A DNA stretch of 52,229 nucleotides, the filler included, from Candidatus Woesearchaeota archaeon (GTDB lineage Archaea; Nanobdellota; Nanobdellia; Woesearchaeales; WJIZ01), in assembly GCA_018221205.1 (NCBI GenBank). It is 4 parts of 4 records of this genome, joined end to end, with 100 filler letters (N's around TTAATTAATTAA, not from the genome) between each part and the next. Parts side by side here need not be neighbours in the genome. Positions count along the whole stretch, not along the records: positions 13,147 to 22,057 come from JAAOYF010000023.1; positions 22,158 to 52,229 come from JAAOYF010000024.1; 2 more parts are not named here. One strand, given 5' to 3'. Below the pieces are notes generated by a model. The model was given only the letters and a program-made list of their open reading frames with translations, was not told the origin of the DNA and ran no database searches. This document shows, in pieces, positions 17,210 to 24,998 of this stretch (positions are counted from its first letter, which is position 1; every line of letters starts with the position of its first letter). Position numbers and translations under genes: made by a program.

Positions 17210-17449
17210 ATGAACAAGCAGATTAATCTGAGGTTGCCTACTACCTTACTGAAATCAGCGAAAGTAAGAGCCACACAAAGAGGATTCACCAATGTCCAGG
17301 ATTTCATTAAGGAAACATTAAGGCAGGAGCTGTTTGAGCCGATATCAAAGAAAGAATTAATATTAGTAAAAAAGCTCATTGCAGCATCAGACAAGCATGG
17401 CTTGTACGGGTCAGAGAAGGAATTATACGCGAAATTAAAGCGGAAATGA
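17210..17449 (+). CDS. Ribbon-helix-helix-type antitoxin
   Basis: QINLRLP..L...AK......GF.NVQDFIKE.LR; ATGA overlap with the toxin gene. Confidence 0.7.
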   Translation: MNKQINLRLPTTLLKSAKVRATQRGFTNVQDFIKETLRQELFEPISKKELILVKKLIAASDKHGLYGSEKELYAKLKRK

Positions 17450-17733
17450 TACTAAGACCCACAAGATTCTTCCTGGAGCAGCTTGACGAGCTTTCAGATA
17501 AGGCAATTTCTTTGATAGAAAAAAAGCTAGATTTAGTGAAAGATAATCCATTTAGGAACAGAAGAATATATGGATATAACTTATTCTTATTCAGGATACG
17601 GTTCCAGGATAAAAGAAAGGAGAAGAGGATTATCTATTTAGTAGAAAGGCCCTATGTGAACATATTATGTATCCTAGATAGGGATAAAGAATATAATGAT
17701 CTGAAAAAGCACCTAAAAAGATTAGGATACTGA
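17446..17733 (+). CDS. RelE/ParE-like toxin
   Basis: 95 aa, basic; FRIRF...RIIY....ILCILDR..Y pattern. Confidence 0.7.
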   Translation: MILRPTRFFLEQLDELSDKAISLIEKKLDLVKDNPFRNRRIYGYNLFLFRIRFQDKRKEKRIIYLVERPYVNILCILDRDKEYNDLKKHLKRLGY

Positions 17734-17985
17734 TCATTTATGAGAGATCTTATTCTCGATAAAATGAAAAATAATGCTCAAAAAGAAAGCAGGAAAAAAG
17801 CCAAAAGCCAGAAACTCCCACCCTCCTTGTACACGACCTTCATGCTGCACGCAAGGCCCGCATTCAACATCCGCAGGACACACACACTCCACAAAGAACG
17901 GTTTAAATAAATAGCCAAGTAGAAACAGAAATACCAAGAAGATAATGAAAGGTATCCAAAACGACTTTGAACTAAAGACATTCAT
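17734..17985 (-). CDS. Small membrane protein with Cys-rich loop
   Basis: TM-ECVCPADVECGPC-TM. Confidence 0.55.
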   Translation of the reverse strand: MNVFSSKSFWIPFIIFLVFLFLLGYLFKPFFVECVCPADVECGPCVQHEGRVQGGWEFLAFGFFPAFFLSIIFHFIENKISHK

Positions 17986-18185
17986 TTTTGATATTTCTTG
18001 TGTGCCAGCATACTGTAGAATATACTTAGTGCGATGCCCAGTATGCCCATCGCATAGAAATATGCTCCCAGATTAGAAGAAACAAAATACACGAAAGGCG
18101 AGACGATCAACGCAAAAACGCCGACAACAACAGATATCATGAAATTCCGATGCTCTTTAGACTCATGTACCCTCTTTTTTGCCAT
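17982..18185 (-). CDS. Small 2-TM protein
   Basis: 67 aa; ATGA overlap with the downstream ORF. Confidence 0.55.
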   Translation of the reverse strand: MAKKRVHESKEHRNFMISVVVGVFALIVSPFVYFVSSNLGAYFYAMGILGIALSIFYSMLAHKKYQK

Positions 18186-18224
18186 AGTCCTTCTTAAATC
18201 TCCCCATATTTAAAATTAGCTATT

Positions 18225-18638
18225 TCAAAGCAGCTCTTCAGGCCTTACGATCTTGATCCCATTAAATTCTTTTAAGTTAAGAAGATGCTTGTCCTGACTG
18301 ACGATATATCGAGCATCACATGCCAGCGCACATTCGATGATCTTATCATCGTTAGGATCATCTTTCACCACCCGTATTCGCCGAGATGGCTCGATCAGAT
18401 GCAGAAACAGTGTATAGGCACTAAGGATATCCTCGACTTCCTGTTCACTGACATGGAAATCCCTTTTGAGGACCGTCTCGAATTCTCTTAGAATAGCAGG
18501 AGAAATGAAAATAAGGAACTCTTGAGCTATACCTTTCAGGATAATGCGGTAAGGGTCACCGCTCCAGAAAAGCGCAGAGATAATGACATTGGTATCTACG
18601 ACTATCCTAACGCCTTTTATGGATGATCCTCCCAACAT
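18225..18638 (-). CDS. vapC: PIN-domain toxin (VapC-like, TIGR00305-type); start uncertain
   Basis: IVVDTNVIISA, DDPNDDKIIECA, YIVSQDKHLL. Confidence 0.88.
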   Translation of the reverse strand: MLGGSSIKGVRIVVDTNVIISALFWSGDPYRIILKGIAQEFLIFISPAILREFETVLKRDFHVSEQEVEDILSAYTLFLHLIEPSRRIRVVKDDPNDDKIIECALACDARYIVSQDKHLLNLKEFNGIKIVRPEELL

Positions 18639-18858
18639 CTTTTTGCCTGATTCCTTTTCTCTTTGCGAACTGTTTACCCCATTGGTGAATTCTTTCGAAC
18701 GTCTCTTTCGCAGAGGGGATATCTACTCTTTTCAATACTAAAGTACCATCTTTACCGAACGCAACAAAAGAGGTGCCTTTCTCGAATCCCATTTCCTCCC
18801 TGATATCTTTAGGTATGACTACTTGCCCTTTTGAAGACATGGTTATGATTTCGCTCAT
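18607..18858 (-). CDS. AbrB/MazE/SpoVT-family antitoxin
   Basis: MSSKGQVVIPKDIRE; GGTGAT RBS. Confidence 0.88.
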   Translation of the reverse strand: MSEIITMSSKGQVVIPKDIREEMGFEKGTSFVAFGKDGTLVLKRVDIPSAKETFERIHQWGKQFAKRKGIRQKDVGRIIHKRR

Positions 18859-18867
18859 GATATCACC

Positions 18868-18892
18868 AGTAAGGGAGTAAGCATAGCTTACT
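18868..18892. promoter_or_regulatory. Operator of the AbrB-PIN operon
   Basis: AGTAAGC-ATA-GCTTACT (18876-18892) plus an extra AGTAAG half-site at 18868. Confidence 0.65.
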
Positions 18893-19011
18893 TAAATACT
18901 TTATGGTGATAAAGACAGAAAAGAAACGAGATTAATATGTTCATTGCTCAATAATCCGGAAATTTTCCAAAAACATCCATATTTAAAAACTCCACCATCT
19001 CCATTCCTGAA

Positions 19012-19995
19012 ATGATCGCCCACGTTGATATGGACGCTTTCTTTGCAGCAGTTGAAGAGAAGTACAATCCTAAACTGAAGGGCAAACCAGTCATAGTAGG
19101 AGCATTGCCAACACAAAAACGAGGGATTGTCTCAACGTGCAACTATGAAGCAAGAAAATTCGGCATCCATAGCGCCATGCCCATTTCTCATGCCTACAAA
19201 AGATGCCCTAAAGGAATCTACTTAAGGCCAAATTTCAGATTATACATAAAAGAATCAAGAAACGTCATGTCTATCTTAAGAAAATTCTCAGAGATAGAGC
19301 AAGTATCTATAGACGAAGCATATCTGGAGATAGATCCAAAAGACACACTTAAAATAAAGAAAGAAGTAAAGAAAATAAACCTCTCCTGCTCCATAGGATT
19401 AGCAAACTCAAGATACATCGCCAAGATTGCTTCTGATTACAAGAAACCAGGCGGAATTATAGTCGTAAAGCAGCCAAGAAAATTCTTAGCACCAATGAGT
19501 ATAAGAAAAATCCCAGGCATAGGGAAAAAAACAGAGAAATACCTTAACGAAAAAGGAATCAAGACCATAGCAGATTTAGCAAAAGACAAATACCGAACAT
19601 TAAAACTCATGGGCAAGTGGGGAGAACACATCTATAATATAGCAACAGGAAAAGACCGTACAGGATTATTGCATCATGGTCCTAGAAAATCTCAATCTGT
19701 TGAAAGAACATATCAAGACGATAAAAAACAGAAAGATTGTCTAGACGATCTCAAAAAACTCTGCAAAAGACTAAAAAAATACATTAACTATGAGTTCAAG
19801 ACCGTTTCTCTAAAAGTACGCTTTGAAGATTTCTCGACTATAACCAGAGCAAAAACAAAAGAAAATCCTGATTTGGAAAAAACAGCATTGGAAATCTTCA
19901 ACAACATAAAGACAAAGAAGAAAATCAGATTAATAGGAGTTAGAGTGAGCAATCTTTCAAGAAAAGGAAAGCAATTGACCTTGAAAAGCTTTTGA
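19012..19995 (+). CDS. dinB: DNA polymerase IV (Y-family, DinB/Dbh)
   Basis: HVDMDAFFAAVE, NYEARKFGI, SIDEAY, AKIASD..KP, IRLIGVRVS. Confidence 0.95.
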   Translation: MIAHVDMDAFFAAVEEKYNPKLKGKPVIVGALPTQKRGIVSTCNYEARKFGIHSAMPISHAYKRCPKGIYLRPNFRLYIKESRNVMSILRKFSEIEQVSIDEAYLEIDPKDTLKIKKEVKKINLSCSIGLANSRYIAKIASDYKKPGGIIVVKQPRKFLAPMSIRKIPGIGKKTEKYLNEKGIKTIADLAKDKYRTLKLMGKWGEHIYNIATGKDRTGLLHHGPRKSQSVERTYQDDKKQKDCLDDLKKLCKRLKKYINYEFKTVSLKVRFEDFSTITRAKTKENPDLEKTALEIFNNIKTKKKIRLIGVRVSNLSRKGKQLTLKSF

Positions 19996-20082
19996 CATTC
20001 CTCCTTAATCTTTATTTTAACTCACTAACAGACCTTCTTTATAATTTGCTGGATTACCTATACTAAAAGGGGGGTGATCAAG

Positions 20083-20184
20083 ATGGAATGTACAGATTGT
20101 GGACAACCAGCACTCAGGGCATTTTGCCCCGAGTGCATGCTCCACCGCCAAGGATACCATCTGATGACAGATGCAGACTGGTAA
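20083..20184 (+). CDS. 33-aa zinc-finger micro-protein; not in the ORF track
   Basis: GGGGTGAT RBS; MECTDCGQPALRAFCPECMLHRQGYHLMTDADW. Confidence 0.7.
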   Translation: MECTDCGQPALRAFCPECMLHRQGYHLMTDADW

Positions 20185-20213
20185 ATTATTTATACCATGA
20201 AGCAAAAGCAAGG

Positions 20214-20405
20214 ATGATGAAGATTTCAGCAGTCGGAGAAGTAGCAGCATTGTTGGCTATCTTAGACTTCATCTACTGGGTCTCATCAAACACCCCGAAA
20301 ATTTTCATGTGGCTTTGGATCATCTTCGGATTAATAGTCATTATAGACTTCATGAATGGCGGATTGATTGATAAAGGCATCTGCAAGAAATGTTTTAAGA
20401 AGTAA
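20214..20405 (+). CDS. Small 2-TM protein with C-terminal CxxC
   Basis: MMKISAVGE...ICKKCFKK; start moved downstream of the zinc-finger ORF. Confidence 0.55.
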   Translation: MMKISAVGEVAALLAILDFIYWVSSNTPKIFMWLWIIFGLIVIIDFMNGGLIDKGICKKCFKK

Positions 20406-20766
20406 TCTCTCGAAAGTCTGCAATAAACTCATCAAGGCTCCTTTCTGTCATCACCCTCACATCATATTCAGTATCACGAAATAATGCATGTTCTCCGTTA
20501 GGATGCTGCCCACCATAGATCACGAATTTTGCTGTGGGAGTTGCTTCTCTTGCTTGTTCTATGAATGCGAGTATCTTCGCAGATTCTCCTAAAGCAGGAT
20601 TGAAGAAATAGACATCAGCACCTGTGGTAAGTCTAGCGATATCATCGAAAGCTATAACCTGATGTCTAAGACGACGCATGGCACGTACTTCGGCCTTGAG
20701 GTTAACTTCATCACCCATAAGAGAACCATTACGATAATCTTTATCCAATACTTGTACATAAACCAT
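20395..20766 (-). CDS. Hypothetical protein, possibly receiver/flavodoxin-like alpha/beta fold
   Basis: Alternating strand/helix pattern (VQVLD, DVYFF, KFVIYG); leaderless. Confidence 0.55.
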   Translation of the reverse strand: MVYVQVLDKDYRNGSLMGDEVNLKAEVRAMRRLRHQVIAFDDIARLTTGADVYFFNPALGESAKILAFIEQAREATPTAKFVIYGGQHPNGEHALFRDTEYDVRVMTERSLDEFIADFREITS

Positions 20767-20862
20767 TTAAAACTATCTAATTGCTTTGCTCTTTATATAC
20801 ATTGCCAAAGTAGATAATTATTTATAGACTAAAAACAAAGTCTACTAAAAAAGAGGGGAAGA

Positions 20863-21039
20863 ATGGAGACATGCAAGATTTGCCATCAGGATTTCAAAGG
20901 ACCTGATTCTTTAGTATTGTGCGACCACTGGGACGGCTTCATCCACTTCGGCTGCTGTACAAGAAGATGTTCAAAAGACGGCGAACCATGCCAGCATTGT
21001 GAAGGTATTTTCGATAGGACTTCTCAAAGAATGCAGTAA
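20863..21039 (+). CDS. 58-aa RING/PHD-like Cys/His micro-protein; not in the ORF track
   Basis: GAGGGG RBS; METCKICHQDFKGPDSLVLCDHWDGFIHFGCCTRRCSKDGEPCQHCEGIFDRTSQRMQ; stop abuts the convergent gene. Confidence 0.75.
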   Translation: METCKICHQDFKGPDSLVLCDHWDGFIHFGCCTRRCSKDGEPCQHCEGIFDRTSQRMQ

Positions 21040-21594
21040 TTAATGTGCTTTGTTATCTCGAGGAAAAAGCCCATTCTCCCAACCATAGTCCTTTATAGCT
21101 CGTGCTAGGGCACCATACTGTCCTTCAAGTTCAGACATATGATTGATATCAGCCCTTTTCAATCCAATCCTGATACCTTCAATTATCTTTCTCTCGGTTG
21201 GGCTATGGGGGTCATCAGGAAACAACCCCTCATCCCATTCAGGATTTTGGCTGACAAAGTACCTTACCCTTTTGGAGAGTGGCCGATTTATACTCTGCAA
21301 TTCTTTGAATGTAAGAGCACCAGACTGACCTACTGCCTGCGCAAGAGTATCTTGAGAAACATAATCATCTATTGGAATGTCATATCCTTTGGCTAAAAGA
21401 GCCAATCCAGGTTCTCTTTCCGCGAGGAGCACAACACTGGCAGGATCATCTTCAGCTATGCCCCTAATGATATCAGAAAGTTCACCAGTGCTAATGGATT
21501 CATCAGGTCTTGTCTTCGTAACATGCGGAGCTACCCAGACTTGACCGATCGTTTTTCCTTCATACTTGACTGGAATGATTCTATCTTCTGGCAT
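21040..21594 (-). CDS. Hypothetical protein (ORFan-like)
   Basis: 184-aa ORF; TTTAAA box ~25 nt upstream. Confidence 0.6.
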   Translation of the reverse strand: MPEDRIIPVKYEGKTIGQVWVAPHVTKTRPDESISTGELSDIIRGIAEDDPASVVLLAEREPGLALLAKGYDIPIDDYVSQDTLAQAVGQSGALTFKELQSINRPLSKRVRYFVSQNPEWDEGLFPDDPHSPTERKIIEGIRIGLKRADINHMSELEGQYGALARAIKDYGWENGLFPRDNKAH

Positions 21595-21649
21595 ACAGAG
21601 AAGAACGATTTCCGCTTTAAAAACCTTCAGAAACCCTTAAAAACAGATA

Positions 21650-22027
21650 TTATCCAATCTCTACAATAAATGTGGTGCTGTCCACAGGGATGATCTCAGC
21701 TTCATTCCCTTTCTTCCATCCCCTGGTGAATTCTTTAGGAAAACGAAGAAAGAACATCTTCCCATCATGATTGATTGATCGCTTGATGCCTTCTTCATTC
21801 TTGAGGAGCTTTTCTACTGCCCAGAGCAGTTCCATGCGTTTCGCCTGCGAAGAGTCAAGATAATCTTTCTTGCATTTCCTGCAGCTCCAGACCATGTAGC
21901 TGAAGGTATTGCCATCAATATGCATTTCTCTTCTCAGCAGAGCAGTCTTTCCGTGGCAGTTGAATGGGCCTTGAAATGCTCCTTTCTCTACTGTGAAATC
22001 TTCCTTTTGTACAGTTTTTTTTGCCAT
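21650..22027 (-). CDS. Zinc-ribbon (YgiT/MqsA-like) plus AbrB-like antitoxin
   Basis: CH...CRKC..DYLD N-domain; FFLRFPKEF.....KKG.E C-domain. Confidence 0.65.
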   Translation of the reverse strand: MAKKTVQKEDFTVEKGAFQGPFNCHGKTALLRREMHIDGNTFSYMVWSCRKCKKDYLDSSQAKRMELLWAVEKLLKNEEGIKRSINHDGKMFFLRFPKEFTRGWKKGNEAEIIPVDSTTFIVEIG

Positions 22028-22056
22028 GGTGATGACCTATAGGCAGTCAAGATGTC
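21988..22056 (-). CDS. C-terminal fragment of a probable cognate toxin, cut by the gap
   Basis: DILTAYRSSPWQKKLYKRKISQ*, overlapping the antitoxin start; ILTAY resembles BrnT/DUF4258-type C-termini. Confidence 0.4.
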   Translation of the reverse strand, partial: DILTAYRSSPWQKKLYKRKISQ

Positions 22057-22057
22057 A

Positions 22058-22157
22058 NNNNNNNNNNNNNNNNNNNNNNNNNNNNNNNNNNNNNNNNNNN
22101 NTTAATTAATTAANNNNNNNNNNNNNNNNNNNNNNNNNNNNNNNNNNNNNNNNNNNN
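22058..22157. other. Artificial contig linker
   Basis: Ns with TTAATTAATTAA. Confidence 0.98.
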
Positions 22158-22239
22158 GCGTAGCCGCGTAAAAGTATTTCTAAGAAGTCGACCTAAAGGT
22201 CGGGGAATTAAACCCCTGTGCTCGCTACGCTCGCATTAA
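22158..22239. mobile_element. End of a hairpin-rich miniature element (REP/MITE-like) ending in TTAA
   Basis: CGACCT-AA-AGGTCG, GGGG-AATTAAA-CCCC and GCTCGCTACGCTCGC hairpins; at a contig break; abuts a truncated gene. Confidence 0.6.
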
Positions 22240-22594
22240 TTATCACCTACCAATTACCATTATTGTGCTGTTTGCTTCAATCATAGCAGGTTATGCATTA
22301 TCTGCAAGTATATCTCATGAACTTCGGAAAAGCCAAAAGGACGCTAAGAAAATACTTGATTTTCTCTTTCTGCACAAAGAAGAAAAAGTGATCATAAGGT
22401 GTCTAGTGGAGAATAAAGGAAATTGCAAGCAGTCTGAAATCGCACGTCTACCGGGAATGAATAGTGTCAAAGCTTTTCGATCGCTGCAAAAAATGAAGGA
22501 AAAAGAAATTATTGATATTTCCATACATGGAAAAATACGGAAGATAGCGCTTAAAGACCATTTACAGCATTTGCTTTTGGAGCATGATCGCTGA
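22235..22594 (+). pseudogene. Membrane-anchored wHTH regulator, 5'-interrupted paralog of 26755..27261
   Basis: INYHLPITIIVLF...FLFL..EE..I...LVE..G...Q..IAR..GMN.VKAFRS..KM aligns with the paralog; in-frame TAA at 22181 lies inside the element. Confidence 0.65.
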
Positions 22595-22611
22595 AGTTCT
22601 TGCTTAGCTAA

Positions 22612-22707
22612 TCAGTCACCTGGTTTACATGCATCAATCATAGCACGCATATCAACACTCATTTCTCCATTTGGCCCATAGATTGTTTTTATCCACTCAT
22701 TCGGCAT
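22612..22707 (-). CDS. 31-aa micro-ORF
   Basis: GAGGGGG RBS; MPNEWIKTIYGPNGEMSVDMRAMIDACKPGD. Confidence 0.45.
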   Translation of the reverse strand: MPNEWIKTIYGPNGEMSVDMRAMIDACKPGD

Positions 22708-22718
22708 ATTAATCCCCC

Positions 22719-22778
22719 TCACTTATCCTGAAAATCTTCCATAATATCATTGCTTGTGCTCGTTACTTCAAATTCCAT
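22719..22778 (-). CDS. 19-aa micro-ORF
   Basis: GAGGTGG RBS; MEFEVTSTSNDIMEDFQDK. Confidence 0.4.
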   Translation of the reverse strand: MEFEVTSTSNDIMEDFQDK

Positions 22779-22903
22779 TTTACCACCTCTTGATGAATAT
22801 TATCATCCTCTTCAAAGAACACTGGAAATTGAGAGTATTCCATATCCCAATAGTACAAATCGCCTACTAATAGTCGATTGTAGTGGTGGGTTTTGTATCT
22901 CAA
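22763..22903 (-). CDS. 46-aa micro-ORF (TTG start)
   Basis: TTGA start/stop overlap and GGTGGTGG RBS; MRYKTHHYNRLLVGDLYYWDMEYSQFPVFFEEDDNIHQEVVKWNLK. Confidence 0.4.
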   Translation of the reverse strand: MRYKTHHYNRLLVGDLYYWDMEYSQFPVFFEEDDNIHQEVVKWNLK

Positions 22904-23034
22904 TGTCCACCACCAAAAAATTCTGATTGAGAATGCAATTCATTCATTGAAGGTACCTTTCCAAATCGCTCCCAGTACTGCACCCTTTCTTCTTTTGCTT
23001 CGAGATCGTGTTTTATTTCATCGATTGTTTTCAT
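22900..23034 (-). CDS. 44-aa micro-ORF
   Basis: GGGTGAT RBS with TATA upstream; MKTIDEIKHDLEAKEERVQYWERFGKVPSMNELHSQSEFFGGGH. Confidence 0.5.
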   Translation of the reverse strand: MKTIDEIKHDLEAKEERVQYWERFGKVPSMNELHSQSEFFGGGH

Positions 23035-23143
23035 GTTATCACCCACTATGCTTTCAAGAATACATGTTTATATATGATGTTAAGGATAAATCTGAGGCAT
23101 CTTTCATAACTTTTAAATACATAATTGCAAACTTAGAAATACA

Positions 23144-23806
23144 ATGGTTTATACTCATCTTTCTCCTGCTTGGTTTTTCGGATATGATGTTCTTCTAGAG
23201 ATTTCATTTGCAGTTGTTTCCCTTATCATAGCACTTTTCGCTTTCAAGATCTATAAGTCGAGTGCAATTAAGCAAGTACATCTTTTTGGCCTTTCATTTC
23301 TTCTGATATCTATCTCTTATATCATTCAGTCAATTCTTAATTTTATGATTATATCAAAACTGAATGAGAACGTCAGTAAGATGATTAAACTTCAGTCAAT
23401 AGTCCATCTCAACACCTTAGGGTTTCTTATTCATATGTTCTTTATGATTATTGGATTATCTATCCTGCTTTACACGACTTTCAAAACAGAAAACCGAAAA
23501 TTATTTTGGCTACTAATCGTTGTCTCTCTGCTTCTACTCTTTTTGTCAAGGGATGCTCCCAATATATTCTACTTGATAGTTAGTGTGTATCTTTTCTTTA
23601 TCTCCTTCCACTTCATCGGGAATTACCGGAGAAACAGGCAGCCCAAAACTCTCCTTATTGCACTAGCTTTTTTGCTTCTGCTTTTTGGAAATACTCACTT
23701 TATCTTTATCCTCAACCATAATCTCTTTTATCCGATAGGCCACATTCTGGAATTGTTCGCCTACATCCTTATACTCTGGAATTTTTATCTGGTGCGGAAA
23801 AAATGA
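23144..23806 (+). CDS. 7-TM membrane sensor-like protein
   Basis: About 7 hydrophobic helices; GH.LELFAY C-terminus; coupled to a wHTH gene. Confidence 0.7.
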   Translation: MVYTHLSPAWFFGYDVLLEISFAVVSLIIALFAFKIYKSSAIKQVHLFGLSFLLISISYIIQSILNFMIISKLNENVSKMIKLQSIVHLNTLGFLIHMFFMIIGLSILLYTTFKTENRKLFWLLIVVSLLLLFLSRDAPNIFYLIVSVYLFFISFHFIGNYRRNRQPKTLLIALAFLLLLFGNTHFIFILNHNLFYPIGHILELFAYILILWNFYLVRKK

Positions 23807-24081
23807 ATAAGAAACGTGACCGTCTCCAAATTATCCATGACATTCTTCTTGCCATACGGGAAAAGGGAAGCCAGGTAAAACCAACCCATATATTGTACAA
23901 ATCAAATCTTTCGCACCAGATGCTCATGGAGTATCTCCAGGAGCTGATCGCCAAAGGTTTCATTATCGAAGAGGGCGACAAGAAGGGAAAGAAAGTTTAT
24001 TCACTGACTGATAAGGGCTATGACTATCTGAGAGATTATACTGTGATCAAAGGATTTGTTGATTCTTACGGCCTGGGGTAG
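23803..24081 (+). CDS. Archaeal winged-helix regulator (HTH_45/ArnR-like)
   Basis: KRDRLQIIHDIL...PTHILYKSNLS...YSLTDKG. Confidence 0.85.
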   Translation: MNKKRDRLQIIHDILLAIREKGSQVKPTHILYKSNLSHQMLMEYLQELIAKGFIIEEGDKKGKKVYSLTDKGYDYLRDYTVIKGFVDSYGLG

Positions 24082-24596
24082 TGTGCTTTTGGAGAATTAT
24101 GCTGCAAAAAGAAATGGGCACCAACCGCCGAGAATACGAGTAAACCTCCAACAATAAATATGCTCTTAAGAGAAATGATAAAACTTCCGAGCAGTGCAAG
24201 CACAAAGCAGCGGATATATGAAGTAACCAATGTTATACCGAAGAAGTGCTTTCTCTCTATTTTCGCAATTCCAGCAGTATAAGAGATGATGTCTGAAGGA
24301 TTGTATGGGAGAATTCTTATCCACAAAAGAACTGACTTATATGCTCGGACCTTTTTCAGGATAGCAGCAACTTTTTGCCGGTTGAAAAAGCGGTCAAACT
24401 TATCGTGAAGATTCCTGCCAATGTAGTAGACAATCAGGCTTCCGATCCACAATCCAGTGCCTGCTACCACTGTGGTAAAGAGCACCCCATACAGTTTTCC
24501 TGCGCCTATCACAATAAACTCAGCCGGTAATGGGGGCAAAATTACCTGAATAATCATTGAAAAAAATAAAATAATTGCATTACTTAGAGAAATCAT
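24066..24596 (-). CDS. DedA/VTT (TVP38/TMEM64) membrane protein
   Basis: PPLPAE, YYIGR, RILPYNPSDIISYTAG. Confidence 0.85.
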   Translation of the reverse strand: MISLSNAIILFFSMIIQVILPPLPAEFIVIGAGKLYGVLFTTVVAGTGLWIGSLIVYYIGRNLHDKFDRFFNRQKVAAILKKVRAYKSVLLWIRILPYNPSDIISYTAGIAKIERKHFFGITLVTSYIRCFVLALLGSFIISLKSIFIVGGLLVFSAVGAHFFLQHNSPKAHYPRP

Positions 24597-24988
24597 TCTT
24601 TGACGACTAGTTGGCCCCTCATGCCACGATGGCCTTGACCACAGGGAACATTACAAAAATATTCAAATGTTCCTGATTCTGTAGCAGTGAACTCAATGAT
24701 TTCCTCCTGACCTTGACTTACGGGGCCTGTCGAGACCCCTAAAGCCGGAATGGTCACGCCGTGAGTGCCTTGGCTGCTGGTTACCTTTAACCGAACTCTG
24801 TCTCCTTTATTGATAGTTACAGGTTCTGGTGTGAAGCCCCAGCTCCAAGCATCTATGCTCATTTCCTTTACTTCTCCCGTTGTTTGTGCTACAACATTGT
24901 TGACCAGTGCTGGTTGAGTATTCGTTGTGCAACCGACTAGGACAAGAATGCCGAAGACCAGAATAACCACTGCTATTGTTTGTTTCAT
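24593..24988 (-). CDS. Cupredoxin-domain lipoprotein (CuA/COX2-like ligand set)
   Basis: LVGC lipobox; THG and YFCNVPCGQGHRGMRG motifs. Confidence 0.85.
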   Translation of the reverse strand: MKQTIAVVILVFGILVLVGCTTNTQPALVNNVVAQTTGEVKEMSIDAWSWGFTPEPVTINKGDRVRLKVTSSQGTHGVTIPALGVSTGPVSQGQEEIIEFTATESGTFEYFCNVPCGQGHRGMRGQLVVKE

Positions 24989-24998
24989 GGTGTCACCC

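Noticed and set aside
20088..20213. N-terminal part of the 105-aa ORF in the track
   Set aside because: Overlaps the RBS-supported zinc-finger ORF in another frame
4938..22157. Three identical TTAATTAATTAA motifs within N runs
   Set aside because: Artificial six-frame-stop linkers from contig concatenation; not biological repeats
22811..22909. Minus-strand GTG-start peptide with SRRFVL twin-arginine-like motif
   Set aside because: Alternative frame to the better-coupled TTG ORF; ends right after the hydrophobic stretch
22893..23198. 101-aa plus-strand ORF
   Set aside because: No RBS, overlaps the promoter and start of 23144, and is antisense to RBS-supported micro-ORFs
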